From Candidatus Latescibacterota bacterium (GTDB lineage Bacteria; Latescibacterota; UBA2968; UBA8231), in assembly GCA_965248265.1 (NCBI GenBank), contig CBDFJF010000001.1:2816001-2880000 (forward strand): a stretch of DNA of 64,000 nt. The letters run 5' to 3'. Positions 1-9,355 of the stretch are shown here, piece by piece; the stretch's first letter is position 1; every line of letters starts with the position of its first letter. A model generated the notes under the pieces. That model was not told where the DNA came from. It did not search any database and saw nothing but the letters and a program-made list of their open reading frames with translations. A program made the position numbers and the translations under genes.

Positions 1-2330
1 ATATCCACGGCGTAGCGATTGGAAGCCTCGACGACGACCCCTTCGACGACGACGTACGGGCTCTTGATCACGACCCCAAACTGACCGTTCGGAGGCGCTA
101 TGGTCGGGGACTGACCGGCGGACGGTTGCAGCGTGATCGAGTAGCCGGCCTCCGTCTTCTTGTCGATCGTCACTCGCTCGGCGTAGCGACTGCTGTCCAG
201 AATGTGCACGAAGTAGTACGTCTCGATTGCCGTCAGATCATCCGGTATCGCGTTCACGGCTCGCTGGATGGAGGCCCATGGTTGCGAGCGGTCATCCGGC
301 ACTCCGTCGTTGCTCCCGCTCGTCGCGACGTAGTGCGTGATGGTGTCCAGGCCGGCTGTGCTGAAATCAGCAACCGCTGATCTGACCTCGTTGCCGAACT
401 GGTCTCGCGCGCGCAGCTGGGCGAAATACTCTGTACTGCGAGTGAGTCCGTCGATCGTCGTCGTCCCTGTCTGCATTAACGCCAGGGCCGCGTCCTGCTG
501 CGGACCCCACAGGCTTGCACTGCCGTCGACGACGGCGGCTTGATTGGTCCCGTAGTAGACGGAATACTGATCGAAGTGCGACTCCGTCGATACCGGGGTC
601 CAGCTCCATGTGATCGATTTGGATGTCGAATTCGTGCCGGCGAAACCACCCATGCCGGCGGGAGCCACATTGTCCACGGTCACGGCGACTGCAGCCGGGG
701 TACCCTGGTCTTCGACATCATCGTTAGCGGTCAGCTTCAACCACAGCTCGCCGTCCCCAGCCGGTGCATCTGTTGCACTGAGCCAGTCGAAGGTGACGGT
801 GTTGCTGCCGGAGTCTGTGACGATGCGGGTGTTGTCGCCTGGGCCAACCTGGTACTGGTTGCCGCCATCGATGTTCGGTGGCCCGCCGCTGTCATCGAAA
901 TCAGCGTCGACCGGACCCGATAGCGCAGTCGCTGCGTAGCTACCACGTGGTGCCGTACTCCACTCGACCCGAGCGCGGGTGTCGGCACCCCCCGCATGGC
1001 TGACTTCTATCGACACAGCAACATGGCCCGATCCGTCCGTCGCTTGTGCGGCCTCGTTGAACTCGCCCCACGGCTGCGGTGATGCCGACAAGGAGGCTTG
1101 AGCCGTGGTGCCGTATCTGCCCATGTTGGCGCGACCGCCATTGGGATCGAGCTCCTGGCTCTCGTCAACCGATGGATCGGCTGTGTCAATGCTGGGACTG
1201 TGAGCGCCGTCCGCCGTCCACTCCCCTCCGTGATAACTGCCCACCGTAGACTCCAGGTGAAAATCCTCTGTCACACCGACGAACAGGGGATCCGCCGATA
1301 GACTGTGTGAGTCAACTCCGCTGCCGATTTGCCAGGCATTCAGATCGTCGTAGTCCTCCCTGTCCAACCGGCCAACGATGGCCCCCAAAGCAGCCACATG
1401 CAGGTTGTTGTAGTCGGAAACCGTTGAAGCTGGCAACTCTCCGGGATCATTCTGCCGATCCACCGCGAAACAGGTGCCGTCATTGCCGGCCACCAGGATA
1501 TTGTTGCTGAACTCGTTCCCCTCCCCCGGCTCATCCTTCTTTTTTCCAGTATTGCCCAGATGAATCTCCAGGTCGTTTCCGAAGAAGGTATTGTTGATTA
1601 CCTGGTTGTTTGTACTCTTGCGATAGAGCCACAGACCCCGCACGCGATTCCCGTGAATGAGATTATTGCCAAAGGTGTTTTCGTCCGCTGTGTTGAAAAC
1701 CAGGATTCCGACCTCGTTGTCGGTGATGGTGTTACCCCGATACTGGCCGCGCGTACCACCCTGAACGTAGATGCCTGGTGTGTCTCTATCGCGAGTGCCA
1801 CGCACGACACAGTCACTGACGGTCACGAAGTCGGACCACGCTACGTGCACACCGCTCTGACGAGAACCTCCTTCCAATATCAAACCCTCGAGAGTGACGA
1901 AAGGGGATGAGTCGATTTTACATGCCGGTTTCTTTCTCTTGGACGAGACTATCGTCGGCTGCTGGCCATCCTGTGCACGCACCGTCAAGGTCGCGGACTC
2001 CTTCGTCTTCTTCTTGATCGCGACTGACTCCTCGTAGATCTCGCTGTCCCGGATCTCAATGATGTAATGGGTATCCGGCTTTTTCGGGATTTCGTCGATG
2101 GCGTCGCTGATGCTCGTCAACGCCCCATCAGCGCCGTCCTTACGCACCACGATGATCTCCTGGGCGTACAGCTTGCCCGGAGCGACCCAGCCGGCGGTAA
2201 GCAACAGGATTCCGCTAATCACGGTTGCCAAGGAGGGAACCATCCCGCCTGAAGCTACCGTGCGCTGAGACCGGTTGAGAGGCTGTGCCGACGATGATTT
2301 CTCAGCTACCACCGAGATCCTTTCGGGCAT
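1..2330 (-). CDS. Large secreted right-handed beta-helix (PbH1/NosD/pectin-lyase-like) repeat protein with FN3-like domain; partial, 3' end beyond the window
   Basis: Manual translation is open from ATG 2330 (alternative ATG 2243) to position 1. Signal-like VISGILLLTAGWVAPGKLYAQ; beta-helix repeats (GNTITDNEVGILVF, NNLIHGNRVRGLWLY, NNTFFGND); SLSADPLFV...HSPSID...GGRANMGRYG; FN3-like ITWSWTP...GLTRSTEYFAQLRARDQFGN; a second module begins HYVATSGSND...PWASIQRAVN. Absent from the ORF track because no stop lies inside the window. Confidence 0.85.
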   Translation of the reverse strand, partial: MPERISVVAEKSSSAQPLNRSQRTVASGGMVPSLATVISGILLLTAGWVAPGKLYAQEIIVVRKDGADGALTSISDAIDEIPKKPDTHYIIEIRDSEIYEESVAIKKKTKESATLTVRAQDGQQPTIVSSKRKKPACKIDSSPFVTLEGLILEGGSRQSGVHVAWSDFVTVSDCVVRGTRDRDTPGIYVQGGTRGQYRGNTITDNEVGILVFNTADENTFGNNLIHGNRVRGLWLYRKSTNNQVINNTFFGNDLEIHLGNTGKKKDEPGEGNEFSNNILVAGNDGTCFAVDRQNDPGELPASTVSDYNNLHVAALGAIVGRLDREDYDDLNAWQIGSGVDSHSLSADPLFVGVTEDFHLESTVGSYHGGEWTADGAHSPSIDTADPSVDESQELDPNGGRANMGRYGTTAQASLSASPQPWGEFNEAAQATDGSGHVAVSIEVSHAGGADTRARVEWSTAPRGSYAATALSGPVDADFDDSGGPPNIDGGNQYQVGPGDNTRIVTDSGSNTVTFDWLSATDAPAGDGELWLKLTANDDVEDQGTPAAVAVTVDNVAPAGMGGFAGTNSTSKSITWSWTPVSTESHFDQYSVYYGTNQAAVVDGSASLWGPQQDAALALMQTGTTTIDGLTRSTEYFAQLRARDQFGNEVRSAVADFSTAGLDTITHYVATSGSNDGVPDDRSQPWASIQRAVNAIPDDLTAIETYYFVHILDSSRYAERVTIDKKTEAGYSITLQPSAGQSPTIAPPNGQFGVVIKSPYVVVEGVVVEASNRYAVD

Positions 2331-2451
2331 GACGAAGACGTTTGTTGATCGAACGGATGGGTGGACAGGAGTGACGAAAGGGAAGAGTGATAGACCGATT
2401 GCGACTGTGCGGGGAGTATCTTGTTCAATAAGCTGTCGACCAGCACCACCG

Positions 2452-2673
2452 TCAAGCGGAATCGTCGTTGCCGCCTCGATTGCTTCTGCGCCGCCAATCC
2501 CCGACGAGCACGTAAACGCCCAGGGCAACCGAGGTCATCGCGATCGCGGAGAAAATGATCTTCGGTAGGAGAGCCTCGAAGGTGTCGACTGTCGAAAACA
2601 TGCCGATGCCGATCGCCAACATGCTGATACCCGACATGATTCGAATGATACCGCTTAGCATCGGCACGCCCAC
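2452..2673 (-). CDS. Small two-TM membrane protein, unknown function
   Basis: 73-aa ORF with two hydrophobic segments and a basic tail; GTG start overlaps the stop of the upstream kinase. Confidence 0.55.
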   Translation of the reverse strand: MGVPMLSGIIRIMSGISMLAIGIGMFSTVDTFEALLPKIIFSAIAMTSVALGVYVLVGDWRRRSNRGGNDDSA

Positions 2674-3560
2674 TACCCTTGGTCTAGGTCCAGCAAAAAA
2701 CGCGGAAGACCCAGTGCTTCCAGCACACTCGAAGTCACCGCACGAATCGAGCGCTCGAGATCGAGGCTGCCATCTGAATTGAAAACAGGCTGGTGCGCGT
2801 CTACGAGGGCGACGTGGGCTGTGCCCAACTCCGCCTTCAGATAATCGATGCAGGGCTGCACATGCTCGACGTAGAATTGGTAGCGGCGCTCGAGACCCTC
2901 GTCGGTATCATCACTCCGGCCCCGTCCGCCGGCGCGGGCTTTCATCTCGTCCTTCGTGATTGAAAGGTGAATGACCTTGATCACACCGATATCCAGTTCC
3001 GCGAAGGTACTCAGCAACCGCTGGGCCGCTTCCGTCGTTCGGGGGTACCCGTCGAGGATGAAGATCCGCTCACGCAGATCCGTCGACTCCCGGAGGCGGA
3101 CATCGATGATGCGTTCGGTCCAGTCATCCGGGATGAGCAACCCCTCAGCGACGCAGTATTCCAACCAGTCGAGTTGCGTGATCTGACCCGGCTCACACCC
3201 GAAACGATCACCGAAGCCCGGCTGGTGTCGCTTGACCTTGTCAATTAGATCATGCGTACTGCTCTCGGCCGTCAGCACCGGTTCCACGTCGCTGATCCCG
3301 TACTGCGATCCCAGTCGCTCGCGGAAGTTCGCATCGCTGCGCGCTGCCCGGACAGTGGCCCTCAGCAACTCGCCCATGGAGACGTGCAGCTGCGGCGGCA
3401 TCGACAGGAACCTGCCCAAACCATTGGCGATCTCGCCCTTGCCACAGCTAGAAGGCCCGGTCAGCAGAATGGCCCCTTCACCCTCGACGGCAACTTGCCT
3501 GACGGAAATCTTGATGTGGCCTTCGCGGCGCGTGTCCAATGCCGGGGGATTCAGCGCCAT
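2673..3560 (-). CDS. Atypical adenylate/NMP kinase family protein (short LID, large insertion)
   Basis: P-loop GPSSCGKG, HVSMGELLR, GLLIPDD, ILDGYPRT, RGRSDDT. Start placed at ATG 3560, overlapping the upstream ORF end. Confidence 0.8.
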   Translation of the reverse strand: MALNPPALDTRREGHIKISVRQVAVEGEGAILLTGPSSCGKGEIANGLGRFLSMPPQLHVSMGELLRATVRAARSDANFRERLGSQYGISDVEPVLTAESSTHDLIDKVKRHQPGFGDRFGCEPGQITQLDWLEYCVAEGLLIPDDWTERIIDVRLRESTDLRERIFILDGYPRTTEAAQRLLSTFAELDIGVIKVIHLSITKDEMKARAGGRGRSDDTDEGLERRYQFYVEHVQPCIDYLKAELGTAHVALVDAHQPVFNSDGSLDLERSIRAVTSSVLEALGLPRFLLDLDQG

Positions 3561-3913
3561 GACGACCTCGTCAGATGCCATCCGCTGCCGTACTCGCAGG
3601 CATACACCTGCAGGGTTACGCCCTGCTCCCCGCGCAAGATATCTGCTCTTCGCTGAGCATCTTCTGCGGACCCGTACGACTCCTTCGGTTTGCCATCGCT
3701 GCCGGTGCAATAGCCGCATCGTGAACTAGGGGTCTGCCGGTTGGCCGGAGACAGGTGCCACAGACCGCATTGGTCACATTGGTATGGTACCAGACCCTGG
3801 CCGTAGGTACTGTTGGCATGGTCGGCCCCCTCTTGAGCTTCGTGTCGCGAATCGTACTCCGTGAGCGGCTTCCCGGACTTCTTACCGACACACGTTTCGC
3901 TCTTCTGGCTCAT
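3551..3913 (-). CDS. Small protein with two tandem putative Zn-binding repeats
   Basis: Two repeats C.GxxGKP..Y.S..(E/D)AQ..AD...G..L..Y.C...G.WHL (YQCDQCGLWHLS and YACEYGSGWHLT); purine-rich GGAGAGAGA upstream of the ATG. Confidence 0.75.
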   Translation of the reverse strand: MSQKSETCVGKKSGKPLTEYDSRHEAQEGADHANSTYGQGLVPYQCDQCGLWHLSPANRQTPSSRCGYCTGSDGKPKESYGSAEDAQRRADILRGEQGVTLQVYACEYGSGWHLTRSSWR

Positions 3914-4027
3914 TCTCTCTCTCCGTGTCCCTGGCGGTTACCCGGCGCGGTGACTCTTGCGGATGACGAGTTTCAATCCTGACCAAATATCGTCAACTGC
4001 GCGGACCTTCACATCCATTGTGATTTC

Positions 4028-4888
4028 TTATGCTCTGACCCTTGTCCTGTCGTGGCTCCCTTGAGGGTCGACGACGCACATCACGCGATCCCCCTCGATA
4101 ACGGTGTGACCACGACTCAAGGGCGCCTCCTTCATGCCGGGCCGCCTCAGGAAAATCTGTTGATCCCTCTGATAGTGTGCTATCGCGGATTCGAACAACC
4201 GTGAACCCGTCACCAAGCGTGCCATCGCGTTGCCGATGGTCCCGACCAGGACTCCATTCTCGTCCTCGAGCAGTTGTCCAAGCCGGTTGAAATCGTTACC
4301 GCTGAAGCCCGCCCGCGGCGGCATACTGGTGCTGACGACGCGTTCCAATGCTTCGTTGGGCTGGCGAACGAGCATTTCCACCTCGATCTCTCGGCGGTAC
4401 GGAACTCCCACCCGTGCTTCAACCAGGTGGATGGCGGTCAACCGGGTGTAGGGTACCCCCAACAACAGAAACTGACCCTCGCCGTTGGCTATTCGTCCCA
4501 TCGGACTGTCGTCGTCCCAGGCTGACGGGCTTCGAGTAGCGACGATCTGCTCTGCCATCGGACCGATCGCGGCGATGCTGTGAAACACGTGAATGCTACG
4601 CAGCGCCCCCACCCGCTGTCTCGCTGCCTCCGATATCGCGCCCATTTCTGATGGGGTTCGAGCGGGGTCGAAGATAAACCCGGGTTGACTTGGAGCAGAG
4701 AACGTGAAGGTGGGCACGACCAGTGTTCCCTGCGATCCCAGACTCTCCAGCAGCGCATCAACCACGGCCTCGGCCCCACCCTCCACGGTACCGATACTGC
4801 GCAGCGAACTGTGCACCATCATCACGCCACCGGCGGCAACGCCCAGGCGCGAAAAATCGCTGACGAGATCCTTTATACCCACGGCCAC
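4028..4888 (-). CDS. AAC(3) family N-acetyltransferase (Antibiotic_NAT/YokD-like)
   Basis: MVHSSLRSIG.VEGG, GTLVVPTFT, MGAISE, LLLGV, TAIHLVE motifs. Confidence 0.85.
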   Translation of the reverse strand: MAVGIKDLVSDFSRLGVAAGGVMMVHSSLRSIGTVEGGAEAVVDALLESLGSQGTLVVPTFTFSAPSQPGFIFDPARTPSEMGAISEAARQRVGALRSIHVFHSIAAIGPMAEQIVATRSPSAWDDDSPMGRIANGEGQFLLLGVPYTRLTAIHLVEARVGVPYRREIEVEMLVRQPNEALERVVSTSMPPRAGFSGNDFNRLGQLLEDENGVLVGTIGNAMARLVTGSRLFESAIAHYQRDQQIFLRRPGMKEAPLSRGHTVIEGDRVMCVVDPQGSHDRTRVRA

Positions 4889-4894
4889 GGGGTC

Positions 4895-6031
4895 TTACCG
4901 CGAGGCGACGAGCTCGTCCCCGACGAGCCCATGGAGGAAGGTCACGGCTCGCTCCTTGCTGCCGGTCAATCCAAATGGAAGGTGATCTCCGCCGTCGTAT
5001 TCGAACAACTCACTACCGCTGGCAACGATGGTATCGCTCAAACGTTGAGACTGAGCCAACGGCACGATATCGTCGGCAGTGCCATGATGAATCTGCACCG
5101 GCGGCAGCCGTTCGACGAAGTACAGAGGCGATCGCCGCAGTAACTCACGGCGCATCTCTGCCAGGCTGAGCTCTCCCTGTTGTACCCTGGGAATGAGATC
5201 TTGCTCCAGAAACGAGATACCGGGTAGCTCACGCTGAGGTTCACCCAGCAAGGCGTCTTCCAGAATCTCGATCACGAAGGAACCAAAGAAATCGGTGGGG
5301 GCAAAGAAATCGATCACGCCATCGATACGGGAATCCCTGATCGCCATCAGCAAGGCATTGGATCCACCCCCACTCATGCCGAAGGCGACGATGCGCTCTG
5401 GATCCGCTTGGTGCGTCGTCTCCAGCACTGCGTTCAGGAACGCCAGGCCATCATCAACCTCACCGACCCACGGGCTGGGCTCACCCTCTGACCGATGCCT
5501 GACCCCATCGAAGGTCAACGCCTGTGACCTGAACGAGGGAATTACCAGTATGTATTCGTCCAGGCGCGCGCCGATGACGAGTGGAAGCAGGAACAGAGTG
5601 CCTTCTACCGAGACTCCGTCCTCACCGAAGTGTGAGTAGATGAGTACGGGGAGTTGAGCTGCAGCTTCGGGCACGACCACGGCGCCGACGTGACGCTGGC
5701 CGTCGACGAGGTGGGATAACACTCTGACGACGACCCCACCGTCATCGGAGAGTTCGGCAAGCGCTTCTTCGCGGATGTCAATGGCCGCTACGTCTCGCTC
5801 CTGCCAACTGGCAGCAACCTCGGCGATCTCGGACGCGCTCGGGGCGGCAAATAGTTGAGTGATGTTGATGCCGCCGACGATGCGATCGGTGCTGGGGCTT
5901 TGTGTCCCTGAATCGGAACCACATCCCAAGGTGAATATCGCGGTACCCGCGACCAGAGCACCCGATGTGTAGAGTAAACGCACTCCTGTCAGCTTTCTGA
6001 AATGAGAGGGACACGGGAATTTCCGCGACAT
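4895..6031 (-). CDS. Alpha/beta hydrolase (S9 peptidase-like), probable lipoprotein
   Basis: Lipobox-like TLGC; nucleophile GMSGG; HGTADDIVP; GGDH. Start at ATG 6031 inferred. Confidence 0.8.
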   Translation of the reverse strand: MSRKFPCPSHFRKLTGVRLLYTSGALVAGTAIFTLGCGSDSGTQSPSTDRIVGGINITQLFAAPSASEIAEVAASWQERDVAAIDIREEALAELSDDGGVVVRVLSHLVDGQRHVGAVVVPEAAAQLPVLIYSHFGEDGVSVEGTLFLLPLVIGARLDEYILVIPSFRSQALTFDGVRHRSEGEPSPWVGEVDDGLAFLNAVLETTHQADPERIVAFGMSGGGSNALLMAIRDSRIDGVIDFFAPTDFFGSFVIEILEDALLGEPQRELPGISFLEQDLIPRVQQGELSLAEMRRELLRRSPLYFVERLPPVQIHHGTADDIVPLAQSQRLSDTIVASGSELFEYDGGDHLPFGLTGSKERAVTFLHGLVGDELVASR

Positions 6032-6175
6032 GAGAGCCCCTGTCGAGACCCGCTTTCCCTCGACGGGATCCGCAGCCTGCGTGAGTGAGTTTCGATTGAC
6101 ATTGTTCCTGACCAGAGGTAACGTGGCTAGGAGAATCGTGCACCGCAGCCGTCGACAGCCAGTGCCAGGTCGCCC

Positions 6176-8287
6176 ATGCCTAGATGGTACCGAGAAGTAC
6201 TGACTCAAGAAGCCGACCCCGATCTGCGCGCCGAGATCGGACACTACCTCGAATCACGGCGCCCCCGCTCGCGCAAACTCGACGCTGGCTGCGTCGTCGA
6301 GTTCATGAAGAAGGGTCGCCTCTGCTGCGGCGCCGTCTGGCCAAACGCGGCCAACGGTAGAATGCAGTTCATCATCGACGCCGACGCCTCGCAAACCTGG
6401 ATACGCCGTTCGCGGTTGCTGGATATCTCCTCCGTCAAAGTCTCGATCCGGGGACGCCGGCAGGCTGCGGCTGCCCTGGATCTCATCGATGAACGCCGGC
6501 GCCGACAGGCCGCACAGCTCGACATGGAGACCCTGTGGGCACTGGCCGCTGAGTCCAAGGCTCCCACCGGCTGGACCACGAATTTTTTGACCGACCTGGC
6601 GTTCGGTGATCGCCGTGGCGGCGACAGTCGGGCCGTGCTGCTGCGCGTCCTGCACGCCGGGGAGTGGTTCTCACGACGCGGTGACCGCTGGGTCCCACAC
6701 GACGCCACGATCGTGGACCGGCGCAGACAGTTAGCACGCGACCGTCAGCGCCAGTCAGGTGAGTTGGACGTGTTGGCCGGCTGGCTGCGCGCCGTAGCCG
6801 ACGGCGATACTGAGCGGCGGCTACCCGAGGGACACCAGCGGGCCATCGCCCTGCTTGAGGAAGCGGCACTGGGCACGCCCAAAGGTCACCCCGAGACCAG
6901 GGCAGCTGCGGAATTGATGGCCCGCGCCCATCTGCACGGGGCAGCGGCCGCTTTTGACTTGTTGGTGCGCCTGGGTCGGTGGTCGACCCATGAAAACCTG
7001 GAAATCCACCGCGGACGAGTCCCCATCCACTTCACTGCGGATACACTCACCGCCGCGCAAGATATCCATGATTCTGGTCGACACCGCTGGATGCCGCCTG
7101 CCGATCGCTGCAGCCGCGCTTGGAGTCGACCGCTGGGGTGGGTTCCCGCCGGCAGCATGGGCTGTGAGCGCGCGTTCTCTGCAAGGCAAACCCTTCGAGG
7201 ATTCAAGGTCACCGTTTTTCTCGCCGCTCCGGTACTGCTGTTCGAGAGAGACAGCACGATCGAACAAGAGGCCGCCGTGCGAGGCCGCTCCATCTCCCCC
7301 CCGGACCGTGATATTCCGATGCTGCCACCGTCGGTCGTCGAGGACGCCCGACTGGTCGATGACGAAGGGAGGCCAGCCGTGGCCATCACCGTCGTCATGG
7401 ACCGCAGCTTTACTCTCAAGTCAGTTGAGGTGGGACTGCGTCGTGTACGGCCACGACTGGTTTCCGCGGGCGATGAACCGCGGGCCCAGCGCCAGCACAG
7501 CCTGCTGTCATCGATAGCAACCTCCCTGCGAGACGGACGACTCGAGCGATCTTGCATCCCCGACGCCGATGTTCGCCGGCCTGCAGTACGGCTGATCGAC
7601 GGCCAGCCTTCGTTCCCCGAGCCTGCCTTCACCGAGGGTATGACGATCGATGAAGAGCTCACTCATCTGGCGTGCTGGGCGGCAGCTGCCTGGTGTCGCG
7701 AGCGCGACATACCGACGGTCTACCGAACCCAGGCAGCGCCGGAGTCGCCCGATATAGACTTCAAAGTACCAACACTACCGTCTCGCGTGCGGTATGAGCA
7801 GCTGTGTCGACTGCTGCCGCGACCTTCCGTTCAGACCGACGCGGCCGAGCAATCCGTGCTCGGGTTCCTCGAGTATGCCAGCACTGGAATGCCTTGCTCG
7901 CGCTTTGAGGACCTCATGATGCAGCGCCAGTTGATCAGCGCCGCCACCGGGCAGAGCTCGACCTACAGTAAGGAGGAGCTGGAAGTGGGCCTGGCCGATA
8001 CGGCTTCGGCCCGCGAAGTGGCCTACAGGGTGGAGCGCAGCGGACAACGCTACTGGACACTGATGGCACTGGAAGCCTCGGCCGGGGACCGGCTTCCCGG
8101 CCTGGTCATCGAACGGGCTGGCCTGGGATACCGCGTTCTGCTGGAAGAATCCGGATTTTCCGCCTTCGTGCCGGCTCCGGGCGAGCTCTGGGCCCAACCG
8201 GGCGACCGAATCGTCGTCCGCGTAGCGCAGGTTTCCGCTCACCGCGATCTACTCAAACTGGCCGACCCACAACGGCCAACCAACTGA
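6176..8287 (+). CDS. RNB-domain (RNase II/R family) protein with degenerate catalytic motif and C-terminal S1-like domain
   Basis: EQEAAVRGRSI..PDRDIPMLP, RPAV, IPTVYRTQ, YAST.MP.SRFEDLMMQRQL and ER..QRYW follow the RNB layout. The expected DxxxxxDxDD motif reads PAGSMGCERA. Confidence 0.75.
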   Translation: MPRWYREVLTQEADPDLRAEIGHYLESRRPRSRKLDAGCVVEFMKKGRLCCGAVWPNAANGRMQFIIDADASQTWIRRSRLLDISSVKVSIRGRRQAAAALDLIDERRRRQAAQLDMETLWALAAESKAPTGWTTNFLTDLAFGDRRGGDSRAVLLRVLHAGEWFSRRGDRWVPHDATIVDRRRQLARDRQRQSGELDVLAGWLRAVADGDTERRLPEGHQRAIALLEEAALGTPKGHPETRAAAELMARAHLHGAAAAFDLLVRLGRWSTHENLEIHRGRVPIHFTADTLTAAQDIHDSGRHRWMPPADRCSRAWSRPLGWVPAGSMGCERAFSARQTLRGFKVTVFLAAPVLLFERDSTIEQEAAVRGRSISPPDRDIPMLPPSVVEDARLVDDEGRPAVAITVVMDRSFTLKSVEVGLRRVRPRLVSAGDEPRAQRQHSLLSSIATSLRDGRLERSCIPDADVRRPAVRLIDGQPSFPEPAFTEGMTIDEELTHLACWAAAAWCRERDIPTVYRTQAAPESPDIDFKVPTLPSRVRYEQLCRLLPRPSVQTDAAEQSVLGFLEYASTGMPCSRFEDLMMQRQLISAATGQSSTYSKEELEVGLADTASAREVAYRVERSGQRYWTLMALEASAGDRLPGLVIERAGLGYRVLLEESGFSAFVPAPGELWAQPGDRIVVRVAQVSAHRDLLKLADPQRPTN

Positions 8288-8529
8288 CCGACCGTAGCTA
8301 GCCTTCTTCCTCATCCCACATAGCGCTATCGGAGCCGGCGTATACTCTCGTATCCGTTCGGACCGCCGATTGCCCGCACCCGTCGGCGCAAGGTATATTG
8401 CCAACCATCAAAAACCATGTCTTTCTGTTTGGAGCTTTTATGGTATGTCACCCGATGATCAGCGCCGAGGCCGTGTGGCCCGCGTAATTCGCCTGACACG
8501 GTCGTTTTGTAGACTGCGGAGATGACCCG

Positions 8530-9333
8530 ATGTTGGATGAAGTAACTGGACGACAGATCAACGACTACGAACGGGACGGTTTCGTCGCCATCCCCGAGTT
8601 TGTTACTTCATCCGAGTTGAGAGTTTGGCAACGGGTGACGGACCAGGCGGTGTCAGATCGACTGGAGGCAGGTGGTGAAAATACGAATCAGACTGAAGAG
8701 GACCGCAGCCACTACTCACGGGTGTTCGTCCAGTGCCTGCGTCTGGCGGATACCAACGCTGAGATGCGCGAGCTCATTTACGACAGGCGCATCGGCAAGA
8801 TGGCTGCGCAGCTGGCGGGCATCGACGGCATTCGCGTGTGGCACGATCAGGCCTTGATCAAACAAGCTTTCGGCAACCCGACGGCTTGGCATATAGACAA
8901 TCCGTACTGGTCGTTCAGCTCCCCCGATGCGATCTCGATCTGGGTGGCCCTGGATGATGCCACGCTGGAGAATGGATGCATGTGGTATGTACCCGGATCG
9001 CACAAGAGTGCGACCCACGAGAACGTGGGGATCGGCCAAAACATCGGCGAGCTGTTCGACTTTTATCCACAATGGAAGGAGATCGACCCCGTCGCCGTCC
9101 CCACCTCGGCCGGGACAGCCGTCTTCCATAGTGGATTGACGGCGCATGGGGCAGGGGCCAACATGACCAGACACGCCCGCCGGGCCATGACCTGCGCCTT
9201 CATGCCGGATGGAGCGACCTTCAATGGGAATCAAAACATCTTGCCACAGCCCTACTTCGATTCGCTGTCGGAGGGTGACGTGCTGGACAATGAGGAGCAG
9301 AACCCGCTGATCTGGAGCATGTCGTGGGAGTAG
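8530..9333 (+). CDS. Phytanoyl-CoA dioxygenase (PhyH) family Fe(II)/2OG oxygenase
   Basis: YERDGFV, WHDQALIK, TAWHIDNPYW (HxD), ATLENGCMWYVPGSH, FHSGLTAHGAGAN, RRAMT. Confidence 0.9.
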   Translation: MLDEVTGRQINDYERDGFVAIPEFVTSSELRVWQRVTDQAVSDRLEAGGENTNQTEEDRSHYSRVFVQCLRLADTNAEMRELIYDRRIGKMAAQLAGIDGIRVWHDQALIKQAFGNPTAWHIDNPYWSFSSPDAISIWVALDDATLENGCMWYVPGSHKSATHENVGIGQNIGELFDFYPQWKEIDPVAVPTSAGTAVFHSGLTAHGAGANMTRHARRAMTCAFMPDGATFNGNQNILPQPYFDSLSEGDVLDNEEQNPLIWSMSWE

Positions 9334-9355
9334 TGGCCAAACCGGGAGACCAGAG

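Noticed and set aside
126-2252. Many short ORFs listed on both strands at the left edge
   Set aside because: They are shadows of the single long minus-strand CDS 1-2330.
3561-3719. Long N-terminal extensions in the ORF track (also 43040-43210, 46974-47216, 47952-48242, 50818-51099, 58671-58955)
   Set aside because: They overlap neighbouring genes or lack family similarity; downstream starts fit better.
4028-4888. AAC(3) as an acquired aminoglycoside resistance gene
   Set aside because: No mobile context or composition shift; the family contains many non-resistance members.
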